This document shows positions 27,531-40,501 of a DNA stretch of 64,000 bases, in pieces. Location: positions 22,320,001 through 22,384,000 of the forward strand of contig JBHGNT010000003.1 in the NCBI GenBank assembly GCA_043228905.1, read 5' to 3'. The DNA is from Azolla caroliniana (Eukaryota; Plantae; Polypodiophyta). The number at the start of each line of letters is the position of its first letter. Within the stretch, counting starts at the first letter, position 1. Made by a program: the position numbers and the translations under genes. The notes beneath the pieces are model-generated. The model had not been told where the DNA came from and searched no databases. It saw only the letters and a list, made by a program, of their open reading frames with translations.

Positions 27531-27831
27531 AGAAGGTTAAGAACATTGAAAGGGAGAGGAGAGGGGGTGGTGTGGTGTGGTGTGAAACATTTGTTTGTGA
27601 GGTGAAGCAAGTGTGATCTTTAAAGGCAAGAAGAGACTTGAAGATAAAGAGAACAACGGTGGGGCAAATGACAACACCCTTTTCTTGGTCTAGCCAATTT
27701 TGAATTAGATTGAAAATAATCCATAACAACGTCAAACCAAACAAGGTTTGGTGCAAGATGAGTGGATGTACAATTGTGAAGTGAATGTTTGTTTGAGGGG
27801 TCATTGATGGCCTAGGTGGTACTAATAACAC

Positions 27832-27833
<2 letters not shown>

Positions 27834-27882
<49 letters not shown>

Positions 27883-27893
27883 TGTGTGTGTGT
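27834..27893. repeat. (GA)n(GT)n compound microsatellite
   Basis: Read directly. Confidence 0.95.
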
Positions 27894-30800
27894 CTAGACT
27901 CTAGAGCATTTTAGTGTGAGCTTTGAAGAAGGGCAAGAATTCATTAAAAACAAATATTATCATAAAGCCAAACAAAAAGGGGCGTGATTGATACGAATGT
28001 TCTTGTTAAGCTAAGCATTAGAACAAGTGTGAAAATGACTAGATGAAAATGATGTCTCCCAAGGGCACGTGATAATGAGAAGTTCAACCATGTCATTGAA
28101 GACATGGTCTTCAAAGTAAACAAATAGTTCCATTATTGGAGGGGGTGGGGGAAGCTTTAAATAAAAGATCGGTTTCAAATTGACATTAGTAAGAATAACT
28201 GTCATAACTATGATCGTTTTTAACCTTACTAACCCATGGGGTAAATTTGTTACATAAAAAACTCTACAATCGTAATGCATACAAAGATTACCCTGGACTC
28301 CAACACATCATTACTTGTACTCCACATCCTAGCATGTCGTGTGTGACCACTGACTTATATGCATCCATCGTTCTCTCGTGTCCAAGTAGTTGTCATGCCA
28401 TTTGAATTATATGTGATCCATGCACTTTTTTGTAGTCCTACTCACCTTGCTTTTTATGAGGTTAAGCTAGGACATTTGGCTTCGGTTTGCATGTATTGTT
28501 CACATTTATGCTTGAGAATCCTCTAAGTGAATAGAATATTTTAAAGCAAAGTGAGTTGGTCTTGTAAGTTGTGATTCAAAGAGTTGTAATGAAAATCCTA
28601 TTTTCCAAGAAAATAAGACAGTCCCTTGGTGCACTATGGTAGGTATATGCCAATTGCCAACACATTTTTAGTCTACATGTATTGTATGGAGCATAATTAG
28701 AAGTAAACAAAAATGTGGTCCAATTGAGGTAATGCGGGTTCATTGGGTCATTGAATGCACCATTTGGACCTTGTTGCAAGTGGGAATATGGTCTAATTGA
28801 AGAAACGTAGAGCTAGTTGGAAAGGTACTGGCACGTGGGTAGTTCGTATTGCATGTAGGGCAATCACATCTCTCTCTAGTCAAGTTGTGCATTTAGTAAG
28901 TTTAAGCCCGCAAAATTATTAATGAGCTTATGATGTTAAACAAATACATAAAACATTCACAAAGGCATATGGATGCTTGACTAGCCAAAACATGTTTTGG
29001 TGGAGCATTGGATGCCCGTTGAGTACTAGTGTGCCACCACAACAACACACAAATTCATCTATCCCCCCATTGTGAACTAGGTTTAACTATAAACTTGTCA
29101 TTTGTCTACTATTGCAAGTCGCAACTCAAGCTGTTTCAGATTATTCAAAAACGTCAACATCCATCTACGTAGGGAGACAAAGCTCAGCTCCATCACTTGT
29201 TGACTTCGTGGTTTACTATCACATAGATGTATATCTCCACTTGAAATCATAGAAACCATGAAACCAAAGTTGTCAAGGAAAATTTTGTTATTTTAAATAA
29301 TATGAAGATTTTTTAATGTTGATTTTTAAAATATAGATGATTCAATGCAGTAACACGCCATTATTGGTGATCATATAAACTCATCCAATATCATCACTAA
29401 GAAGGATCAACTCATGCAAAATGTTATGAAGTGTGTTCATATGTTTAACTAAATTAAGACATATTTTGTTTCTAGCATAAAGGCTTGCAACTTACACATA
29501 AGGCTGAGTCTCTCTCAAAATCTTTAAGGAGCTAGTACTTTTCTCCAATAAAGTTTAGGAATGACTTATATTACAACAAATGAATTTAAGTGACCATTCA
29601 TAAATCTTAAAAGTTTGAAGTTGTGCACAATCTTGGAAGGTGGCATAGGCATACCTACCATGGCCAATTGCAATTGGATCAACGAACGATAGCAATAATT
29701 CTGGTTATATTTTAACTATAAAACATGTAAGGTATGCTAGAAAACGAGGCTCAAATGCTAGAAAAATGCGTAAAAATTGTGATTCTATTGTAGAGTGAGC
29801 CAACTATTTGTGTTACATAATACATTGGGATGCAAAACTTGTTCTATGACGTAACAACTTTATCAATATGATTTATTCGTGTTGCCAAGCATATATTTGG
29901 AAAAGTTAACATAATAAGGATGAGAATAAACTTCTACTCTTAGTTGAATATAATTTGATGCAACTTTGGTATATTCTTTGCCCTCTTATTCTCTTATTGA
30001 CTATTCGTACTATGAGACCTATTATTTATTCCCATCAATTCTTCAAGAACAAGGTGAAGTAAAAGTAGCCTTCTTTGCTTTTCTTTCACCGATTGTAATT
30101 GAAATAAAATATTGCACACTTTGCAAGTGTTACCATGGAGGTTTTGTTGTCAATGAACACAATCGAAATATCATAATGACGAAAAGTCTTTTACCGAGGT
30201 TTAACCATCCTAAGTTAGCATCAACATAATCAAATGCACGAGTGAAGACATGTACCTCAAGCATGCACCAAGGACGGAAACCCAAAAAATGTCTCATGTT
30301 TTGTTTGGGTAGGGGACAATGAAATTTCACCGAGGGATAATTTTTGCATATTTATTGAGAATTGAAGGAGAAGATGGGACCTTTTAATTTTGTTTTGAAA
30401 TCCTCGTGGGGTCACAATGATGAGCATGATGAGGCTTGAAAAGGATTTGATAAGCAACCCTGTTTTAAGACATCCATCTTTAATTCTTCCACATGTAATG
30501 AGACATCACACTATCTCGGGACTGTAAAATTGATGTTGTTTGTTTGTTTCCCAAACGATAATAAGACACAACAACACATTTTATATGGGTTGATACAGAC
30601 AAAACATAAGAATTTTGATGATTGGATTGCTAATTATGACATTCTCCTTTAGAAAATTGTCAGGTGCAAATTGTAAAAAAGGGAAACGAATGGGGAGATT
30701 ACATAGTCGAACCTAATAGTTTATTTTGCTCACCAAATTTTATGACTTACACATTCCAATGTTTCCTAACTATCTAGATGTATTCGCATTCTTCAAAACT

Positions 30801-32177
30801 ACAGTGGGCACATGATTATTCTTATGTATCAAACCAAAAGCAAACATGCACATATGAATGGGAACCAACATAGAAGAACTTTCTTACATAACTATTCAAA
30901 AAAAACTATGAAATGGTTCACTTGCAACTGTATTCTTACTATCATGAACACAAATTGGCATCATTTCAACTGGATTTAGTTGCTTTTGACACTATAATTA
31001 TACACACATAAACATATGTTTATTAAAATTTGGGTCAATCTGTCTTAAAATTTACGGTTTCCTCTAATTGCAATCAACATCTTATGTTCCTAATGATTAT
31101 CACGTCGCTCATCAATAACATAACCATTGTACACTAGAGATTCCTTCAACTTGTCAAATGATCTGGTTTGTTTTCTGCTGGCAATTTCAATATTCCATTT
31201 GCACTTACTTTTAAGGAAAAACACCCAAATACCTCGAAGGTTTTTCTTTGTTTCCCAAATGTCCCTACGTTACACATATTCATTATTTCTCCAAATGACC
31301 CTAGTTAGCCTAGAAATAGCAATTATATGCATGTTTTTTATTGTTTTGTGGATAATTCAACCCATTTTGCTCAATTAATATGACCAATTCATCCTTACTT
31401 CTCTCTTTGGGAGGGTAACCAATGGCATTTGGGGAATTATTGGAAATGCATGGGCGTTGTCTTCTCCCTTTCTTCTATTTGTCGCACTTAGAATGTTTAA
31501 TGCTTTACAAGCCCCCCACCCCCATTTAATTTACTGTGAAACTTTCGCAACAAAGTACTTGATATAGGCAATGGTCTTGCCTACGAATGCTTATCTTGGT
31601 CTTGAATGTATAATGGTTTGTAACATCCCTTAGTGATTCATCAATGACCATATGTAAAACAACCAACCATACTCACTTGGCAACCGGCTAACATTGATAA
31701 CCTACCTTGGCATTGATTTAAAGATAATGTACATCTTACCAAATTTCTAGTTTTAATTGGTCCAACTTATCCATATTGAAAGAGTTTGGATTTTGTTATC
31801 TTAGTATAAATCAACTTAGTATTGACGAAATTGTAAGGAATATTCTTCATGACAACTGTAACGTTAATGTTTTGAACATTCGACATTAAGACAAAGATAA
31901 ATAATTCTAATAAAAATTAACGGTATTCAATATCTTCCTTGGTGTTTTTTAAGATGAACCCAGTTTTTGGAAATATATTTTGATTAAGTTCATTCTTCTT
32001 AAACTATCGTTTTTCAATTGTTAATAGAGTGTGAGTTGCTTAGTTTCAAGCTTTGTTCCAAATATATTTTGTTTCGGTGAACTATGGGTATTTATTTTGC
32101 ACACCTTATTTGTCTCCTTAACAAGGAATAATCATAAAAAAGTAAAGGGCTACTTTAGTGCCTGTAAAGTACTTTAA

Positions 32178-32282
32178 TATACAATGATAAGCCATATGGC
32201 TAGCTCATCGCAACTATTCCTCTCTTTAATATACATAATACAATGATAAAACTTATGGCTAGCTCATCGCAATTATTCCTTT
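32178..32282. repeat. ~60-bp tandem duplication
   Basis: ATACAATGATAA...TATGGCTAGCTCATCGCAA.TATTCCT occurs twice. Confidence 0.85.
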
Positions 32283-34599
32283 GTTTATTAACATGGTTCT
32301 AGTCGGTCCTTGAAGTCATTCCAACAATTTATGTTTTAGCCCCACAATTTACAACACATGCAAGTTGGTGAGACCATTTATACGAAAAGAGTGCAAGAAT
32401 TATCGTCATGGAAAGACAATATTGAAAACATTTACACATGTGCAATTTTATCATGAAGGAAGCATTGCATGGAAAAATAATGGATGACAAATCTTCTTGT
32501 TGTTTTTTTAGAGGATCATGTGGACGATGACAATCTAGTTTTAAAAAAAGGGTACTTGAGGGACATATATATATATGTACATAGAGAGAGGGAAAGAGAT
32601 TAATGGTGTAAGGACATGCTCCAACTCCCCAAACGCTAAAAACGATACATGAAGAGGAGACAAGACATGTCATTACGACAAGACTTTGTTCATAATACTG
32701 TGGAGCCCACAATGCACATGGTCATCTCACGAAGGCCATGCATGTATTTGTGTTATTTTCGAAATGAATGGTAGAACAATCAATGATTGTGCTATTGATG
32801 GTGTGAATGCATGTCATGAATGATGCACAATCATTTAAAGAGACTAGTATTTAGTATTACTTAGGATGTACTCGTTTTCCAAGGAATTGAGGTGTAAGCC
32901 AAATGACAAAACAAACAAACACACACACACCATGATTCGGCTCTCCTCCTAGCCATACAACTTATCTTCATCTTCCCACATACCCTAGCATATTTCCTAG
33001 AGTTCTACGCATAGGGGGGTACATATAGATTGAACCATCAATTTGATTACTATTGCTAATCAGGTAATCAAAACACATAATAATCCTTTTTGTTTTAGTA
33101 AGCATACGAGATTCCCGGTAATGAACAACAGGGTAATCTAAAAATTAGTGCTAATTTGATATAATTGAAAAGTCGGGGTACCTAGAAATTTGGTAACTTT
33201 AAAAAAACTTAGGAGTATTCTAGTAATTTAGGAGAGCATATTATTATTATTATTATCATAATGTGTTATTTTGTGCGTATCATGCATGTCTATGTAAGCG
33301 AGGCGGTGCGGCCCTATTGGAATTAACAATTCAACCCATGCATCTAGTTGAGAGAAAACAAATGAACGATATACGCGTGTAAAAGCAAGAATTAATGTCT
33401 ATGCAAAATAGTGTCATTAACACTACCAATATGAAATACATTTGGGTTTTGATACAACTCTTTCACACGAGAACAATATCCACTAGTTTCAACTTTGGCT
33501 TTATGAATGATCTAAAAACTATAATTACAAACTATCTACCTACCTTAAATTGGTGCAAAGAAGGAACCAGAAATTCTTGCCTTTGCCCCCTTTCTTTGAA
33601 AGTGAAATATAGATTCAATTTGCACATGTGTTCACGGTTCTAACCCTATGTGCAGTGAATAATTTGCCCATGTGTACAATTTCCATATGAAATATACAAG
33701 CAATGAATATTAGCTTGTTATCTGTTTTTGATTCAAGCTTGCATATGCCCTTATATCATACAACAAATTGGCAGAGACAAGAATATCACAAACCCTGGTC
33801 ACTACGAAAACCCATGTGAACCTATAATAATATATAGTATGTATGGTATTTCACCAATCAAGTTTTGAAGGTCATATAGAATTATTGTGGAAACTAGAAG
33901 GTCATAAAACTTCACATTGACATTTATCTTATGGAAGATTTGGAACCCAAATGATGAACATATTGAGTCGAGGATAAATGGGCCCACCAATCATAGCATG
34001 GTTTTTTTTTCTTTCAAAAAAACAATCATAGCATGCTTTGAAGTCCACCTATTATCACATAGACAATGAAGTGCTTCCAGATCTGAAATCTCACCACATT
34101 AATAGAAGCCCAGAGGTCAGGACTCAACCCCAACGTACGTCATGCCAAGAAGATGAAAGGAGGGGGTGGACAAAACACGTTTCCAATTATGTGCTTACAA
34201 TGACATGCCACTATGAGAGCAAACTCAAACATGTTGTGAGGCAACCTAGTCCATATATGTACATATACATAACTCACCGATGCTTATGAAATATGCAAAT
34301 GGGCGGGGGCCATCTCACGATTTGACAAACTACTACTACTGCTACTACTATAAGAACCCATTGTTGTTGTCAGCCCCTTTTAAATCCCCTGGCCTAGCGG
34401 CACAACCGACACATGCACATATGCAAGATGCAACGAGCGGAATGCCATATTGTCAGAACCTGTGTTGCTATGTGCACGCTTTATGCTTAGGCTAGAGCGT
34501 CATACACGACAAAGAGCGGTGAAGACCACGATGATGATGAAATGAATGAATGGTTGGTTGTGATGAGGGTGAGAATGTGGTCCTATCTATACCTTTGGG

Positions 34600-34603
<4 letters not shown>

Positions 34604-34655
<52 letters not shown>
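34604..34655. repeat. (GA)n microsatellite ~1 kb upstream of KNOX
   Basis: Read directly; (CT)n also at 35208-35227. Confidence 0.95.
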
Positions 34656-34659
<4 letters not shown>

Positions 34660-35609
34660 ACAGGAAAAATACAAAAGCATAACATAAGGAAACAGAAAAT
34701 GAGACAGGATATGTGGTCCTAAACCAAAGTTGCACACACGTCACACTGATAAAAAAATAAATAATAAAAAAATAAAATGGCATTTAAAAAAACAAAAAGA
34801 CAGCATAAATATGAAAAATATAATGTTATTATTCTGAAGAAGAAGAGCAAAAAAGAAATTAGAAGAATAACTAAAAAGAAAACATGTACATTGATGACAG
34901 ATGTAATAAATAAACATATAAAAAAAAACAGGTATGCAATAAATAAATAAATAAAATATTTGATTTACAAAATAGAAAAACTACTCACAAAAAGCAAATA
35001 AAAATAAAAATAAGGAAGACAATAATAAAGGATAAAAAGGGAGAATAACAAATGTGAAAATAAAATAAAAATAAAATAAAATAAAATAAAATAAATAAAT
35101 GATAATGATAATGTGATGTCTGGTATGTCTGCAGTGTAAATGAACCCTTAAAAACCCAAAACACATCATCCCATCATCTTTTATTTCTTCTTCCTTTTTT
35201 CACCCCTTCTCTCTCTCTCTCTCTCTCCTTCATGGCCATGCCCATCCATGGCTTCTTCTCTGCCTTCTTCAAAATCAACTCATTGAAGAAGTACACCATC
35301 GCCATTTAGGGTTTCCATTCGAGCTTCAGAAAGAGCTTGCCACTCTTTTTAGGATTTTTTCACAGCAAAAAACGGAGAGGAACTCAGTATTGTTAGGGTT
35401 TTCACTTTGAGCAAGACGAGACGCCATCGTTAAGAGTTGTCCATTTGAGAAGAACAACTAGGGTTTCTTTCACGTAAAGTAGAAAATTAAGTTTCTTTTT
35501 AGGGTTCCAAATCGTGCATTAGAACAGTAATGTGCAGGCCTTCTCATTTGAGCAGAGGAATTAGGAAACTGTAAGCAAATAAGGGATTTCGCCTCTTTCC
35601 TGATCAGCC

Positions 35610-38600
35610 ATGGAGGATCAGAAAGCTCCCACATGGCTAACTAATGGTAGCAATAACAATAACAATATATCAAATTCTCATCGTAGTCATCATCCTCACC
35701 ATAATCTGCAACAGATTATGAAGCATCAGAAACAGCAGGATATAAATGATGCTGAGAAACCCTGGAGAATTGATAACAGTAATAATAATAATAATTGCAG
35801 AGATTTCAATATACATCCTCGTGGCATCCTGCATCTTCATCATGAAACTCTTCCTTCTTCCTCATCTCCTGCAAACCCTAAGAATTCCACGACCCACACT
35901 TCCTCCTCTGCAGCAGATCTTCGTCAAAACAATAACAATAACAATACTGCGCAGACAGATCTTCTCAATCCCCATAGCAATGGCTTAATACTGACCTCAG
36001 ATCCTGCTGCTGTCTCTGCTTCACCATCCCCATCGCTGCAATGCCTTCTCCAACCAAATACTTCACCATCATCTAGACTGAAAGCAGAGATAAGTGTACA
36101 TCCTTTGTACAATCAACTTCTTTCTGCTCATGTCTCTTGCCTTCGTATTGCCACACCCGTGGATCAGTTGCCATTAATCGATGCCCAGATTGCTCGATCT
36201 CCTCAGATTAACTCTAAATACCTTCAAATCCTTGGGAATGGAAGCTCGGTTCATCTAAATCAGAAACTTATTGATGCTACTGACGACAAAGAAGAACTCG
36301 ATCAATTCATGGTAACTTCATCTTCTTGTGCACACATAAGTAATAATTCTTCTGTGTATATGTAAGCATAAACTCATGCATACATAAATACATAAACTTT
36401 CTGTCTATATGTATTATAGACATTTAATTCTTATATTCTTCTTTTTTTTCCCAGTATTTAAATACCTGCGTATACATTATTCATGCAGAGATATTCCTCT
36501 CTTCATGTATGTATGTATGCCTATATTAACGATTATCTGTGCATTATTTCAGTTCATTGTAATTCCTTTGATCATTATTGTGGGTTGTACGAATAACTAA
36601 TCGTTCTAAGTTTTTTGTTGTTAACTACCAGCTGTTTGTTTTTGCTAATTAATTTCTTAATTATAATCGTAATCGAAACTTAAGTTGCAAGGCATTCTAA
36701 TCCAAACCCACTAAATACCCTCATCAAAAGATTAAATAGTTTAAGATCACTCTAATTGCAGGCTTAATTCCCTAGTGATTACTCTAACTAGAACCCTAAT
36801 TTGCCAAATATTACTCAATTACAACCTTAACTACCTTGCTATGGTCGTTCTAATCAGATGCTTAATCTGCTTTTCATTATAATCAGGATTATGAGATTAA
36901 GTCGCCGATTAGTGACGTGATTTGCTAGCCAACTCTAATTAATGGAAATTGCTGATCCTTGAAAGAGTAATTAATGACATAACTAACCACTAATTATATG
37001 GTAGTCCTATTGATTACCGTCTATTTCACTGTATGCGCAGGCACACTATGTTCTTCTACTCTGCACATTCAGAGAGCAGCTTCAGCAACACGTGAAGGTG
37101 CACGCCATGGATGCTGTGATGGCGTGCTGGGATATTGAACAGTCTCTGCTAACTTTAACAGGTATCCTATACATACCGTTAATAGCTTTACAACTCAGAG
37201 ATTCCTCTGTTCTGCATATCCTTAAACATGTCGATATAAACGCCCCCCCCAAATCATGTTAATTAAAACCCAAATTATGTCAATGTAACTCCTAATAATG
37301 GCGATGTAAACCTAAGTATGTGGAAGAAAACCTTAATACCGAAGGATGAAAGATGTGGTTTAACCTAAGTCTCTTTTGAATCCCGGTATACCGATGGGGT
37401 ACTAGTCCATTAACTGTTTTGCCAAGAGATAAAACCCTAATTGCCATTAGGAGAGATCGAACTCATTAATTTCTCGATTAGACTGACACTGATGAAAGGC
37501 TGCATTTTCAGCCAGAACTAACTGTCATGATGATGAGAAACTAATTTTGAGATTTGATTTTTTGACCCGGAGCCCCAATTCCGTGGAGACAGTACAGAGC
37601 GGTCGAAAGCCTGATTTTCTGCGCCTGTTTTTCTTTTCCTTTACTCTTAACGACCAGACATAAAAAGCCCTAAGTTATTCTGATGATAAAGATTCGCGGA
37701 AAAAATTCTATCATTTCTGTGAACACACGAATAATTAATTTATAACCTAAATAGGAAAGGACAAGAAGAAAATGTGTCGAGAGATTTTGATGGTTCTTGT
37801 CCACACAGGTGTTTCTCCTGGAGAAGCTACAGGGGCTACCATGTCTGATGATGATGATGATGATGATGGCGATGGCGATGGCGATGGCGATCATGAAGAT
37901 GAAGATATAGGTAACAGTCTTCTCGCCGATAAAATGAATGGGCATCAGCATGACACTAGCGGCTATGGACCTCTCATTCCCTCAGAAACCGAAAGAACTC
38001 TCATGGAGCGAGTCAGACAAGAGCTCAAGAATGAGCTGAAAAACGTAAGGAATCACAGACCATTTAAACGCTAATGACTAATAATTAGCAATTAATCATT
38101 GTATAATCATACTCATAATGGCATCCATCACCCATCGTTTATCACCTAATGGAAAATCCTTGATAATTGATCTCTAACATGACTAATCATTAACCGTTAG
38201 TCATTCTATAATCATAATCAATTAAGGCATATGATCAATAAATACTCCAAGAAAAACTAGGGGAGGGCTCTTCTTAAGTATGGCATCATCGTGATGAAAT
38301 AGAATGTGCTACTTCGACAGAGCCCTACCCTGCAAGATCAGGTGTGGATTATATGGGTGTGGGTGGTTTTCAGTCAATTCTAATAGCTTCTGGAAACTGC
38401 CCATTTCATGGCGGCCGGAGACCGTCCATTTCATGGTTTCCGGAAACTGTCCTTTTCATGGCGTCCGGGAGAGCCCCTATCATGGCTTCCGGAAACCGCC
38501 CATTTTATGGCTTCCTTCCGGAAACTGCCCATTGATTAGGGAACTAAGGCACTGAGGTATTATAATGTGGGTTACTGGACGATTGGATGATGGAATGAAT

Positions 38601-40501
38601 GAATGGATTGTAGGGATACAAGGAACGGATTGTGGACGTGAGAGAGGAGATCCTTCGCAAGCGCCGGGCGGGGAAGTTGCCGGGAGACACCACCTCCATC
38701 CTCAAGTCATGGTGGCAATCTCATGCCAAATGGCCTTATCCAACGGTTAGTAATGCTGATCATCTACTCATTAGGGTTTTTAGGGTTTAGGGTTTTATGA
38801 TTCACATTGAGATGTTCTGAGTCTTGGACTTCTATTGCAATACTTGTTTTACCTCCTTACGTTACATAATGAGCTTAGAATCCTGATTGCATAACAATTG
38901 AATCTTCAAACAATTAGGCAAAATTATTCCGTGATTTTGTTTCAATCTCTAAGTCGATAAGCATAATATCTATCTGACAGGGTTACAATCATACAGCTTA
39001 AAGTTGTCATAATATAATTCACATTAGAGAATTCATTGTGTTTGGCGTCTATAACTGCTAGTTATGGAGTACTACCTAATATTTTAGCTTTTGTAAATCA
39101 AAATATTTAAGATGGTTATTATCAAAGTTCCTAGCTAACTACCCCCTCACCTACGAGATGTTACTTAGTACATAACTTTTCAATGCTTGAATGTTCGAAT
39201 CTTCACACTAAATTTATTTGTGAAAGTATATATGTCAATCGTATGTCAAGCAGTCTAACATCATGCTCTACGTGGTTTATGACAAGAATCATCAATTTGC
39301 TACAGCTAAAAATTGTGTTCATTAACATTGGTTCATGGAAAATGTTTCATAGTTAGTATGATCTCAACTAAAATTTTGGAGAGTGTTATTATGAGACCAA
39401 TGACAAACCCATTGCTCACAAATTTTTGAGCCCATGACCTAAGCTACAAACCAGTTACCACAAAGTTTACGAATTACACTACAGCATTTAAAGTTTAAAA
39501 ATTATAAACATAATGCTATTGATTTGTAGGAAGGCAATGGTTTTTGTAATGTGATTTGACACAAAATGTCACATTTCCATAAAATATTGAGACAAGCAAA
39601 AATGGCTTCAATGTAATCCAATCTTGGTGCAAAAAACACACACAACTGCATTTTGAAAAAACTCAGCCCTAAACTAAATAATAATTATTCCATTTATCTT
39701 CATTATAGTTGCTTCACCTTGATTACAAATCCTCTGTATCATGAGGGCTATTACTGTGATCCACCTTGTTGCTTGCGAGCTCCCAGCCCATGCAAGCAGG
39801 TACCCAACACCTTAATAAGGTGGTAACTTCTACATATCTTTAGTTAATGAGAATAGTGCAGAGTTGCAAATTTCTTAACATCTAAAGGAAGTTATGATTT
39901 CGTGATGTCCTGACCATTGGATCCTCTCTGTATCCGTGGTAACCAATGGAAGGATCTTTGGAAAAGAAATGTTGTATTCTGTGCTGAGATCATTGCCAAC
40001 ATTCTCTCTTTCTTAAATTCGAAGAAAAATAGATAAAAGTTTGGTATTTTTAACATATGTCGTGGGTTCAAACTCGTGATCCTGCCTCTTTGGTACTTCT
40101 GTATAGATGTGTGTACATATAAATGATTGGGAGGAAATTAGTTCCTCAGCCAAATCATGATAATATCTAATGCATAGTTGTGCGTCTAATGTCATAATTT
40201 GTGTATATATAGAAAAAAAGAAGAAGATCGAGAAGGTATATCAATTGCCGAGACAAAATCATGATCATATCCAATGCATAGTTGCGTGTTTATAATTTCA
40301 GAGGATATAAACTTTAGTAAGAGAAACCATGGTATGCTTTTTAATGTGTATTCTGATCAGGAGGACGAGAAGGCAAGGCTTGTTCAGGAAACAGGGTTGC
40401 AATTGAAACAGATCAACAATTGGTTCATCAACCAGAGAAAGAGGAATTGGCACAGCAACCCATCATCATCCTCTGTTCTCAAGTCCAAACGTAAAAGATA
40501 A
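35610..40501 (+). CDS. KNOX2: Class II KNOX homeobox TF (KNAT3/4/5-like); exons 35610-36311, 37041-37161, 37809-38044, 38614-38745, 40361-40501
   Basis: KNOX1 [31 protein letters not shown]; KNOX2 [24 protein letters not shown]; [24 protein letters not shown]; TALE homeodomain [11 protein letters not shown]...[36 protein letters not shown]; GT-AG junctions in frame. Confidence 0.96.
38388..38532. repeat. ~25-bp minisatellite (about 6 copies) in KNOX intron 3
   Basis: Unit approximately TTCCGGAAACTGCCCATTTCATGGC, degenerate copies. Confidence 0.85.

Noticed and set aside
38388-38532. CRISPR-like array
   Set aside because: Contiguous degenerate units with no unique spacers, inside a eukaryotic intron, and no cas genes.
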